A stretch of 64,000 nt of DNA from Phaeosaccion multiseriatum. Its lineage: Eukaryota > Protista > Ochrophyta, other classes. Positions 27,314-39,247 of this stretch are shown here, in pieces (positions within the stretch are counted from its first letter, which is position 1; each line of letters opens with the position of its first letter). The DNA is taken from NCBI GenBank assembly GCA_965112735.1, contig OZ218960.1, positions 1,860,001 through 1,924,000 on the forward strand, given 5' to 3'. The position numbers and the translations under genes are program-made. A model generated the notes under the pieces. The model was given only the letters and a program-made list of their open reading frames with translations, did not search any database and was not told the DNA's origin.

Positions 27314-27749
27314 CTTGACAGGTTTGGAGGCGGGTCAGGCAGCCCAACTACCCCGACTTTCCTTTAATTCCTTGGGAAGGGAGAGGTTGCGAAAGCCTTC
27401 CTCACTACTCTTCCTGTCACGCTACTGATGGTGGCCACAAGCGTCCCCCAAGCTCTGCTGTCTCCGCTGTGGCAGGGTTAAACGATTCTGTGCTTTCACC
27501 TTCCAGCGGTCCAAGTCTTGAGGCTTGTGATGCTACAGAGCGCGGGAGGTATGGCTTTGAAGGAGCTCACGACTTCGTCTTACGTTTTTCTCGTGCTTTG
27601 TGCAACAGGGGGGGGTATGTGAATGAAGGGGAGGGGGGCATATATATGAGGGGGGACAGGGACGGGGGGGGTGGGGAGAAGGATGGTTTCCAGCCTCACA
27701 TGTGCGCGTACTTCTCTCTGCTGTAGAGACTTTTGAGAGGAAGCAAAGA

Positions 27750-28679
27750 ATGTGGGTCTTCCATGGTGTTTGCCTCGTCCTCTTGCTCGGACAGGAGGCG
27801 TTGCTTGCAAGTGCTTTCGGCCTAGGTGCGCCTCTTGGAAAACAGGTGTCCTCGCTTCAGAAGCAAGTGAGCCCGAGCAAGGTGAGGGGGAAGAGAAGGG
27901 ATGCAGTGTTGAAGAGCTTGACACCTTCTCATAGCATCAAGAAGGAGAGGGCACAAGGCGAGTCGCTTCGCCGCCTTACTACAGTCTCAAGAAGAAGTAG
28001 GCACAAAGAGAGAGGCGAGTTGCGTCGCCTTGTGTCTTCTCCTTCTTGAGGCTGCGAGTAGGTGTCAAGCTCTCCAACGTGTGTGCCGTGCCTCGGGTAG
28101 CATCATGCCTTTCCCCCTGGATTCGCAGGCACCTCTCGTCTCGCTTGCGGTGCCTCTCTCGCCGCTGCATCGCCTCCCTCTTGCATATTGACAGCTGCTG
28201 CAATTCCCCCCCCCCCCCCCCCCTCTTCTACTGCAAAGGCGAAATCCGTCCTGCAATGGCAATGCCGCAGCAGCGCCACCAGGAACAGCAGACCTGGCGG
28301 GAGGACCAGCCCCGCACCGGCTTCCTTCACTCGACTGGAAATGGCAGGAGGGGCGACTCGAAGCTCTGTCAAGAGGGCATTCCAGCGCTTCCGAGGGGCA
28401 GAAAGAACCGACGATGAGCTGCGGATTGGCATTGCAGGCTTTTACGACCAGTCCAGCCAGATCTGGGAAGAGATGTGGGGTGAGCACATGCACCACGGCT
28501 ATTACGTCCAGGGAGAGAAGCCGAAGACGGTGAAGGACCACAAGGTGGCACAGGTAGACATGATCACTCGGTCCTTGGACTGGGCGGGGGTCAAGGTGGG
28601 CCCGGACGCGCCCAAGACCGGCGTGGACATCGGCTGTGGCATCGGAGGATCATCTAGACACATCTGCAGGACATACGGT

Positions 28680-28755
<76 letters not shown>

Positions 28756-30502
28756 TTTTCCCCTCCTCCTGTCTGAAACTTGGCACTGCTGCTCACTGCT
28801 GTTGGGATCGCGTCGCATCCCTTGCTCTTGTGTACTCTCGTGTGGTCTTGTGTGTTGTTCTCTCGTGTTCTGTCGTGTGTGTCGTGTGTAGGCACCTCCA
28901 TGACCGGGATCACACTGAGCCCCGTGCAGAGGCAGAGAGCGGAGGACCTCACCAAGGAGTTCGGCCTTGACGACGCGGTTGACTTCAAGGTACGACATAC
29001 AGATGGATGAGTACGAGGGGGTGCTTTTTTTAATGAAGTAGGAAGCGTGGCAAAGCCAACACTGTCCGTATGACAATCAACACCATAAGCCTTGAAGCCG
29101 AGTCTAGGAGGCTTTTTGTAACTGCAACTACACATAAACTGGAAAGTGATTGGGCCTAAGAAGCGGTATCTTTCCCCTCCCCCCCTCCAAGCGACCTTCC
29201 CAAATCCCACCAATGCCGAACCATTTATGTACATGGCCTCTTACCTTGTGCAATGGATTGTCCACCCCACGACTCTTGCCTTGTGTGTTGACTGTACACC
29301 ACGCGACTGTCTCTCTCTCTTTCTTTCTCCCTCTTCCTCTCTCTCCCTCCTCATCCTCTCTCTCTCTATCTTGTCAAGGTCATGGATGCTCTCAACACAG
29401 ACTTCAAAGACGACTCCTTCGACCTCGTGTGGAGCATGGAGAGTGGGGAGCACATGCCCAACAAGCCTCGCTTCGTCAGCGAACTTGCGAGGATATGTGC
29501 CCCCAACGGCAAGGTGTTGGTAGTGACTTGGTGCCACAGAGACTTGGAGGAAGGGGAAGAGGGGCTTTCACCCAAGGAGGAGAAGCTACTCAAGCGGTGA
29601 GTTAGTGAGGGAGGGAGTGAGGGAGTGAGTGAGTGAGTGAGGGAGTGAGTGAGTGAGTGGAGGTGGTCCGTACTTTTCCTACAGCCCTTGCTTCCCCTTT
29701 CAAACCTGATGCAAACCAACCGCCTGTCTAAGATCACCCCCCCCCTTCCTTCTCCCTTCCTTCCCCCTTCCCCCGCCTCCCTGCCTTAGCATCAACAACG
29801 CGTACTACCTCCCCCGCTGGTGCTCTATAGGGGACTACGTCAAGCTGTTCGAGGAGTCGGGTTTGACAAATGTCAGGGTACGTACGTACACGTACGGTGT
29901 GCTGTTTCCACCCCAGCCTACCCCACCCGACTTTGTGTGTGTGAAGAGTGACCTCCGTCCGTCCCCCCTTTCCGTCCCTCCCTCCCTCACTCACTCACTC
30001 ACTCACTCCCTGTTGCCGCTGCTGCTGCTGCTGCTGCTGTTGCTGTACTACTCCTCCCCTCCCCCTGTGTTGTCCGGATGGCCAACTTCCCCACTTTAGA
30101 GGGAAGACTGGACGGACAACGTGCAGGAGCTGTGGCCGGGCATCATCAAGTCTGCCATCTCTTTCCAGGGTATCTTCGGCCTCCTCAAGTCGGTGCGTAT
30201 GTGTGTGTGTGTGTGTGGGCTGTGTTAGCCGGGTATTCCTTCCCTCCTTCGTGCCTTCAATCAGTGCGGGGCGCTCTCCCCATAACCCTTTTTTTATAAT
30301 CTCCCTCTCTCTTCTCTCCCCCCCCCTCTCCTCCATACATACTACCTATTGCGTCGTCGTCAATCCCACATCTGCACATCAACACGTGCAGGGCCCCACC
30401 ACTCTCCGAGGGGCGTATGCGATGGCCTACATGGTGCGCGGCTTCAGCACAGGGCTCATCAAGTTCGGACTCATCACGGGCGAGAAACCCTCGTCCCCTT
30501 GA
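27750..30502 (+). CDS. VTE4: Gamma-tocopherol methyltransferase, plastid-targeted
   Basis: Presequence MWVFHGVCLVLLLGQEALLASAF. Motifs GIAGFYDQSSQIWEEMWGEHMHHGYY, VDIGCGIGGSSR, GITLSPVQ, FDLVWSMESGEHMPNK, VTWCHRD, YYLPRWC, GLIKFGLI. Exons ~27750..27845/27881, 28239..28677, 28892..28989, 29379..29596, 29790..29877, 30100..30192, 30392..30502. Confidence 0.95.
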
Positions 30503-31880
30503 AGACTCAGGGCAGAGAGCAGGGAGCAGATGGCAGCAGAAGGTGGAGAGTAGAGAGCAGAGAGCAACAACCTGGGACGAGACAGGACAGGACAGGAGAG
30601 GGATCAAGGAGGGCGCCCCTGAGGCACCCACTTGCTTCTTTGCGACTATGGTACCTTCCTGGCTTGGTTCGGTGGGTTAGCAATCGGACTGGGGGTTTGG
30701 GGCTGGGTAGGGACATGGGCGTATATGCACTGGTGCCTGTCTATGTTTATGAACAGGGAGCACGAGATGGGCTGACAGCCAGTCTGTCTGCTGAGTGGGT
30801 GGACTTTTCTTCACACAGCGGTGCACTCCAGCAGCACGCACGCCGAGAAGGAGGAAGCATACGTGTGCAAGCAGTGCGGGTGAGAGAGAGAGAGAGGGGG
30901 GGGGGATGAAAGAGAGACGGAGAGAGGGAGGGAGAAAAGCTTCCACTCTTGCAGTGCTCTCCCTTTTTTCTCTGCCCTCCGCGGCAAATTCTCGTGGGGC
31001 CAAGGAAGAGAAAAGAGAGAATCTTTTCGGTTTGGGATGGGAAGGGGGACTGCAGTCCACGGGTGCTCACCGACACCGAGGTCTATCGGCAACGAAGTGT
31101 CGGAGGTTGCGGCAAGGGGGTGGATGGATGGATGGATGGATGTTTGCTCTGTAGAGTATTTCTCCTCTTCCTCCTCCTTCTGCTGACAGTCTGAGTAGAA
31201 GGCGAGGGACGAGAGACAAACGAACGAGAACGGACCAACCCCACGCTTTGGCGTGAAATGCTTGAGGGAGGGCGTTTCTGATTGAAGTCTTTGGGTTCCT
31301 CGACGGGCGAGGCAGATGGCCGCCCCTCGGGCTGCTTCATTTAATTTTTTTTTTACACCCTACACTCTCTGCACTATTCACTCAGACTTTCAACAGGAGT
31401 GGAGTTGCTTAACCCTTAGTACACATGGAAGCGCAGCGTAGCCCATCTCTATGCCTGTCTCGCTCTCCCCTCCTCGCTTCTCTCCCTGTATGTGGTGGTG
31501 GTCTCTCTCTCTCTATGTGTTACTCTACGGTGTCTGTCGGGCCGCTCACTCACTGACTCTCGGGCAGCGGCCTAGCAAGACATGAAGAAAATGTATCAGC
31601 CCCACAGCACACAATACGGCACCACCATCAAGTGACAAAAGCGTTGAACGAAGCCAACAGGGAGAACCGTGTGGGTCGACTTGCTTCCTTTTTTTCCGCC
31701 AACAGATAACTGTAGACAACCACACCACACCACCACACCACACCACACCACGCCATGTATAGTGCTATATAGCTCTATCCTACTGCCTTTCTCGATAATC
31801 AAGAGGAGAGTAGGGCAAGGGACGGGGGCTTTGGCAGTGAAGAAAAGGGGGGGGGGGCTTTGGGTTGTAGTGTTGCTGTG

Positions 31881-33077
31881 TCACGTGCTTCTCAGGATAA
31901 CCCTTGCCTTCCCGTTATCGAAGCGGCCGTTACAGAAGTCTCCTTCCCACTTGGCTCCCTCCTTGTCGATGTATGTGCCCGGACCGTGCATCCTTAGGAG
32001 AGGTGGAGGGAGAGAGGGGGGTAGGGGGGGGAGGAAGAGAGAGAGAGAGAGAGAGACAGAGGGAGACAGAGAGGGAGGGGAGACAGAATCAGAGAAATAA
32101 GAGACAAGAGAGAATCCGGCAGAGAGCGCGAGAGGAGACACAGAGACAAGACGGGGATGCTAATGCTACCAAACTCCCTGCTTTCCTCCTCTTTTTCTCT
32201 CTCTCTCTTTCCCCGCCTCTGCTCTCCACTGCTCCCTCACTTGTTCTCCCTCCACGCGCCCACGTGCGTCGCCCCGTCTGGCCAGCTGTAAGTTCCTTGG
32301 CCCTCAAAGTAATTGGCCGCAAAGCCGCCTTCATACGTTGCGCCGGATCGAAAGGTTATCTTTCCCTGCAATACAGCCAACCAGGTTTGGGGGGGGAGGG
32401 GGAAGGAGTGGGTAGGCAGCGTAGGGCAAGGGCGGGGCAGAGTAGAGGCGTCGGTTGGGAGAAACGGGACCACGAATGTATGGAGGGATCTTTGAGGACA
32501 GGGGGAGGCGCCGTGACCGAACGAGCGCCATCCACACTTTCTTCTTCTTCTCCTCCCTTCTTGGTCTGTCAGTGGTCGCACACAGGGATGTAAAGAAGCG
32601 GCATCAAATGCATTACTCTTACCTGCCCCTCCATGGTATCGTTGGCCCACTCTCCCTCGTACTCCTCGCTGCTATTGGTGTACTTCCCTGTGCCGTGCAT
32701 GTGCCGAACATCGTTGTCGAGTATAAAGTCTCCCTCTGGAAAAGAGGGGCGGGGGGGGCAGGGGGGGGGGGGGGAAATTGGGGGGTCATGATGAGACACA
32801 AGAAGACCAGCGACAGAGGGACACAGAAGGATGAGGCCGTTCTGAACGGTACAGCACTGAGCGATGGCTTTAGCAGGATAGTCAAAGGCCAGGAACGAGG
32901 CCCGTCCGCCGGAGTGTGACTTGCAGGGAGTTTCGCTGTGTCCATCTTACCATATCTCGAGCCGTCCGGGAAAAGGAAGGTCCCTGTGCCCTTTTCGACG
33001 GGCTTCGCCTGCTGCGCCTCTTCCAAGCCCTCCTGTGGGGCTGCTTCTCCTTTATCATCAACCACTTCCTTCTTCAT
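31881..33077 (-). CDS. MORN2: Small MORN-repeat protein (MORN2-like)
   Basis: Four exons: GTGTFLFPDGSRY|EGDF..MHGTGKY..YEGEW..MEGQ|GKITFRSGATYEGGF..GQGTYSWPDG|MHGPGTYIDKEGAKWEGDFCNG. Confidence 0.85.
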
Positions 33078-33313
33078 CGTTCCTCAATTCCTTCCCCTTC
33101 CTCCGCCTCTCTCATCAACGGAGTGTCGCTGGATTAGATTCAGACTCTGCTGTGCTTCTGTAGGCACCGGTGCGCTGCTGCTGTTGCCGGCGCCGCTCTT
33201 TGTGCCCTCGCCCTAAGAAAAAAAACAGCGGTTATCTCTAAAAGTAAAGCCCCCCCCCTGTGTTGGTAATTCACTTGATGTATGATGCCCCAGGTTGTGG
33301 GTGTAATATATGA

Positions 33314-34402
33314 ATGATGCTCCAGGTCGTCCCGCTCCTCTTGCTGCTGGTGCATTACGTAGTGGTGACGTTCGCGACCGTCGAAGTGACCGAAACCTGC
33401 GCCGGCGTTGGGGTGCCCTCGTGCGGGGATGCAAAAAGAGGAGGGCCCCATTTGCCCCACCCACCTGGTGGGCCCCACCTGACCTCACCTTTACACTATC
33501 TTCACATTCCAAAAACGGGCTCTTCCTTCGGCGCGATCTTGCTATGCTATGGATGCGAGCGGGAAACGCTCGTTCGCATTATCACCGAGAAAGGGAAGAA
33601 AATGCCGAGATTTATGGAGCCCATAATGTTGCTGACTCTGGCCATGAGAGCCACGGACAAGCAGTGGTACTCTTTCTGTTTGAAAGAAGCTTTCGCCGAC
33701 AGCAATAATCCTGACCTATACACGCGGGTTGGCGGAAACGCAAGTGCCAGGCTTCCCACCGGCCTCCGGCTCGGACACCCGCCACTTTCAGAAAAGGCTC
33801 GGAAGGCCACGGCAGGGAATCTGGTCATGATGCTGAGAGACCCACTGGACCGTACTGTGTCGGCCTTTCTGCACAATTTCCACGACTGCCGGTCAATGCA
33901 GGAGAAGTACGGGGTCAGGGAGAACGAGAAGAAGGGAACCATGCGCGTTATACAAGGGGGGAAGGGAGAATACAAGGACAAAGAAGCGACCCAGAAGAGG
34001 ACCACAGAGCTGCTGCTGGACTACGCCCGGTGCGTAGACGGGATAGCAATCAAGATGATGGTGCCGGACGTCGATATGGCGGAGTACCTCCGTCCGTCTC
34101 AGGCCCAAATCGAAGAAGCAGTGCACATGACTCGAACCGAGTTTGCCTTTATCGGACTCACTGAGCGCTGGGAGGAAACTGCCTGCCTCTTTCGAAGGAA
34201 GTTTGGAGGCACATACGTCCCAGACATCTTTTACAACTCAAGACCAGCAGCGGGGGGCGGGGTGACCACGAGTGAGGGCCTGAGAGAGGGCCTGAGGGAG
34301 GTCCTCGTGGCGAACAACTTTACTGACGCTGATCAGAGGGTTTACGATGCAGGCAAGCACATCTTTGAGCAAGCCTTAGCCGCCCCGTGTGGGGCCACTT
34401 GA
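33314..34402 (+). CDS. Membrane/secreted PAPS-dependent sulfotransferase (carbohydrate sulfotransferase-like), intronless
   Basis: N-terminal hydrophobic segment, 5'-PSB YLHIPKTGSSF, 3'-PB MLRDPLDRTVSAF, FAFIGLTERW, D..VYD. Confidence 0.88.
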   Translation: MMLQVVPLLLLLVHYVVVTFATVEVTETCAGVGVPSCGDAKRGGPHLPHPPGGPHLTSPLHYLHIPKTGSSFGAILLCYGCERETLVRIITEKGKKMPRFMEPIMLLTLAMRATDKQWYSFCLKEAFADSNNPDLYTRVGGNASARLPTGLRLGHPPLSEKARKATAGNLVMMLRDPLDRTVSAFLHNFHDCRSMQEKYGVRENEKKGTMRVIQGGKGEYKDKEATQKRTTELLLDYARCVDGIAIKMMVPDVDMAEYLRPSQAQIEEAVHMTRTEFAFIGLTERWEETACLFRRKFGGTYVPDIFYNSRPAAGGGVTTSEGLREGLREVLVANNFTDADQRVYDAGKHIFEQALAAPCGAT

Positions 34403-35470
34403 TGCTTAACGCTTGGTACTTGATTGGATTGGATTTTGATGGAAGTCGTTGACTGGACTTGTATATTGATCGGGGTGCAGGCCGAGCAGGCTTCGCGCAG
34501 CTCCAGTGCGAGTACAGCACTGACTGACATACTGAGTTGGGGACTTACTTCTCCTTGACTGGCAGCAGCAGCAGTTTGCGGCCAGGCCAGCCCCAAGCAG
34601 CGCACACGACTCCCAGCGATCCACCGAACGAGCAGCAGCGGAGCACCACACAAAAGTGTACTTGTACCTCACGGTGTATTTGGGTGGTTGGGAGGTTGGG
34701 AGGTTGGGTTGTTCGTCGCGCCCACCCGGTACGAGCTCGGCTGAGCTTTGCCCAATGCGACAGAGCAGGCGTGCGCCTGGTCCCATGGGTTCATGGATAC
34801 TCGTCCACCTTCACCCCCTCCTACCCTGCCGTGCCCCCATTTGGCCCGCGTATGTAGTGACCGCACCGCCCCATGAGGAGTGAGTGAGTGAATGAGAGAC
34901 GGGGGGAGTATCAGGACGAGTGAGGGAGGGTCAGGATGCACATCGAAGGCGCGCCCCCTCGCGGTGGCTCTGGAGCCAGACGAAGGAATCTCGGGGGAGG
35001 GCGGGGTTGGCTCCTTCGCAGCTTGGCTACCTTACCGGCTGGACTCACATTTCGATATCCTCTCGTGGCCATCACTCCTCCCTGCGGCACGGCTAGAGGC
35101 GAATTAGGGGGGAGATGGGCCAGAAGAAGGCAGCAGATGGAGCAGCAGATGCAGAGGGGAAGGACGATCGACCAAGCTTGAGTACGGAGGCGCGAGGTGT
35201 ATGCGTGCGTGCGTGCGTGCGTGCCTCTCGTCCAAAACGGGCCTGTGCTTGCTTTGACTCACTAGATATTGAGCCGGAGGGGCTACTTGATGCTAATCAG
35301 AGATTGTTCACATTTTATCGTACAAGACGAAAGAGAGAGGCGAGAGCGGGCGCAGCCGCCCGCATCCGCTATCGCCGGCGCTAGCCGATCGCAACAACTG
35401 GCGACGGCGATTTCGTAACTGCTCCTCTCGTGGATCGTGCTTTCTCACCCATTTTTTTTCAAGCTACAGG

Positions 35471-36432
35471 ATGAGCACACAGCAGGTGGGAAAAGACGAA
35501 GCGTCAGTAGGCGCTGCGCTGAGCTCTGTGCTTGCCAACGACGTGGCTACACTTCAAAACCTCCTTCAGCAGCAGCAGGAGGAGGTCGCAGCGGCAAAGG
35601 ACGCAGAGGGACATCCCCTTCTCCATGTGGCCTGTAGGCTTGGCCACGTAGAAGCCGTCGCCCTGCTCTTAGGAGAAGATAACGATGATCTGGAGAAGAG
35701 GGATCCTTCAAACTTGTGGACCCCGTTGTACACGGGGTGCTTCCACGGGCAGGTGGAGGTGGTGCAGAAGCTCGTGTCGATGAGGGCAGACGTCACCGCC
35801 GTCCATGAGGTGAGACAACAAGCGGACTGGGAATGGAGGTCGTGAGAGGGGGGAGACGAGAAGTTAAAGCTGCCCTGTGTTCTGACCTCACTCTCGCCTT
35901 CTTCTCTTTTCCCTTCAACGAAAAACAATAGGGTGACACTCTCTGCGGTGAGGTGTACGCTCCCGGAGTGGACCTCAAGGCACAGGGCGACATTGAAGCG
36001 ATCTTAACCAAGCGTATGCAAAAGGTTGGCACTGCGCATATGCTCGTACATCAAGCCGCCAGAGAGGGGGGCGCAGTCGGGTTGCACCGCATTCGGCGGT
36101 TTCTCAACTTCGGTACGCAAAGAAAGGGAGGCAGCCACGAGAGTGCCGCACAAAAGGATGGATAGTGCGCGCGAGTGACGCACGTGACAAGACAATCACA
36201 GCAGAGCCGAGCTCGCCTTGGCTTGCAGCACATACACCGTAGCTTAACCCCTGCCACCCCCTGCCCCCCTCAACCCCCCGACATCCCCTCCCCGTCCTTC
36301 GTTGATTGCCGAAGGGGGTGATGTGAATCTCCGCGACACAAACAGCTTCACTATGTTGCACACCGCTGCTGTCGCGGGGAGACTCGACGTCACTGAGCTG
36401 CTCCTCGACCACTACCGTCAGCAGTTGGTGAT

Positions 36433-36470
<38 letters not shown>

Positions 36471-38772
36471 CACAACAACAGCAGAAGCAGCAGAAAAGCG
36501 CAACCCCTCCTCCTCCTCCTCCTCCTAGCAGCACGCTATTGCAAATCGATTGCCGCGACAATAAGAGCTGGACGCCTCTGTATGTGGCCGCTGGCGAGGG
36601 GCATCTGAAGATCAGCCGAGCGCTGGTGAAGGGTGTGCTGGACGTGCCGGGCGTGGGGGTAGAGGGGGAGGGGTTAGAGCCCCGCGGGGGGGGGCGGGCC
36701 GACGTGGAGGCGTGCACGAAGGATGGACGCACACCGCTCATGGCAGCCTGCAGGTACGCACGCACGCATACACCCACCCACACACAGGCACGCACACACC
36801 AACACACACTCCCACACACACACACGCACACACAATGCACGCGCACACCTACACACACACATACACCTGCACATGCACGCAGGCAGGCAGATAAAAAGAT
36901 GCTAGACGACAGCCTGAGGCCCATTCAGCCTCCTCCTCCTCCTGCTGCTGCTGCTGCGGCTGCAACTGTCACCAGCTGCTGATGCATTGCTCCATCCCCC
37001 TCCGTGTCCATCAGGAAAGGAAGTCTGTCCACTGTGCGCTACCTGCTTGGGCAAGGCGCCAAGGCCGACGGCACTGATGCTCGAGGCAACACCCCCCTGC
37101 ACTGGGTCTGCGAGGGAGAGAAGCCCTCTGTGGAGCTGGTAAGAAACAAGACCGGCCCCAGCCCGTGGGGGGAGGGGGACTTCCCTCTGTCCCTCTTCTC
37201 CTCTCCCCTCATGTCCCTCGCTCCTTCTTTCCCTCCTTCCCTCCTTCACTCCTCTCCCCTCCCCTCACCTTCCTACCTCCGTCCCTCCTCTCATCTCCCC
37301 CACCTCCTCCCCTCCCTCCTTCCTTTCCCCTCACTCCGCCCCTCCCTTCGTCCCCCTTGCCTGCCTGCCTGTCTTCCTGCGTCACTTCTCAACTCGGAAA
37401 CAAACCCCAAACCGACGAACACCGTACCGTACGGTGCCATCCAACAGCTGCGAGAGTTGGTGGACCGCGGTGCAAGCATCAACGTCGCCAACACGGAAGG
37501 CGGATTCACTCCCCTGCACAGAGTATGTGATCGCCAACACCAACAGTTGGGAGACCCGGGCCAAACCACTCGTCCTCCCACACTACCCTCCCACCACCCC
37601 TCCCTCCTCCCCCCCGGCCCAGAAGTGGGTCTAAGCCTAGCCCTGCTGACCGAACTGGTCAGTCGCGGCCCCCTCGGGACGGCTGAGGCTCGTGACGGAG
37701 AGGGCAGGACGCCTCTCATTTACGCGGCCAAGGAGGGGAGGGTCGATATGATAGAGCGCCTCCAGGCCAGGCGGGTAGACGTTAACGCCTCGGACGATCA
37801 CGGCAACACAGGTAACCTTGAAGTAATGTGTGTTTTGGGGGTTGACTGATTGATTGATGGTGTGAGTGAGTGAGTGAGTGAGTGAGTGAGTGAGTGAGTG
37901 AAACTAGTGATTGAGTGAGTGAGTGATTGAGTGAGTGATTCGTGAAAGAGAGAGTAAGTGAGTGAGTGAGTGAGTGATTCATGATAGTGTGGGGGGTTCC
38001 GGAGAGAATTTCGTGGGTGAGGGGTTTATTTATTGACTTAATAGGAGTCACCTAAGAAACTGAAAGTGTGTGCGTGCGTGAGTGAGGGGGTGGGAGGGTG
38101 AGGTACGTCATACGAGTCAGATACGGTGAGAGAGAGAGAGCGCGGAAGACAGGGAGAGTGAGGAAGTGAGTCAGTGAATAGTGAGTAGTGTAAGACGGGG
38201 AGAGACAGAGGAAGTGATGTTTGAGGACATGAGCCAGTGAGTAGTGAATCTTGAGTAGCAAGAGATGTTGAGTGCGTGAGGACGAGTGCCTCTCTTTGGG
38301 GTTGAGTGCTTACGCCCGCCCCCCCCCCCTGCCTTTTCTGCCCCCCCTCTCTCCTTGCCTTCTCTCTGCCCACCCCCCCCCCCCTCCTCCCTGTGACTCA
38401 CGTCTTCTCACTGACCTACTATCTTACTGACCAACCAACCAACCAACCCACTCACCCACCCACCCACCAACCAAAACCACAGCCTTGCACTGGGCCTGTA
38501 TGTACGGGCAAGAGGGCGTGGTTCGACACCTTCTAACCCCAAACAACTCAAACTCAAACTCTTCACCATCATCAAAGCTCTCGCGCATCGACCCATCTGC
38601 TCTGAATCACGACGGCAAAGGAGCAGACGAAGTCATCGGTGAGAGCTTGGCACCGGGGACTTTGAGTCCGTCGGAGAAGCACATGTTGGCCAGGCTGTTG
38701 AGGGATGGAGTCAGACCCACGCTGCCCCAGACACAAGTCGTGGAGACGAGGTGCTACTGTGCTGTCATGTGA
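35471..38772 (+). CDS. Multi-ankyrin-repeat protein ending in CaaX (CYCAVM)
   Basis: Exons ~35471..35808, 35932..36111, 36315..36753, 37014..37138, 37448..37811, 38483..38772 with TPLY/TPLM/TPLH/TALH ankyrin motifs. Confidence 0.85.
38031..38065 (+). mobile_element. Short dispersed repeat ending in GAAACTGAAA, copy 2 (intronic)
   Basis: TATTGACTTAATAGGAGTCACCTAAGAAACTGAAA, matches 22002..22042. Confidence 0.55.
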
Positions 38773-39203
38773 TGGGTGACCATGTGGTGATGAGGGAGTT
38801 GTCATTTGTGAGTTTCATTCCTCTCCCCTTTGGGCACTGGCACTGGACATCGGCAATCTTTGATCGGTAGACGGGTATCCCTCCCTCTCTGTACTGATTG
38901 ATTGATTGATTGATTGATTCACTTGTCAGCATTGGCCTTCATTCATTCCAGCAGCAGGGTTATTAATTAAAATTTTGTTTTTCGTACCAAGTTATGAACA
39001 CGACCAAAACAGGAGGAGGGAAAAAGGTTTTGACACTCTTAACACAGCATATGTATATATATATATACAGACAGACAAGACGATACGCGGGCCTTCCTTC
39101 ATTCACCACTACCCTCTCTCACTTGGCACGGAATGCCTAAAGGGGTGCCGTGCAGCGCCTTCTTTTTCCCCACCCCATCCATCGATAATCCCTCATCGTC
39201 TCT

Positions 39204-39244
<41 letters not shown>

Positions 39245-39247
39245 GCA

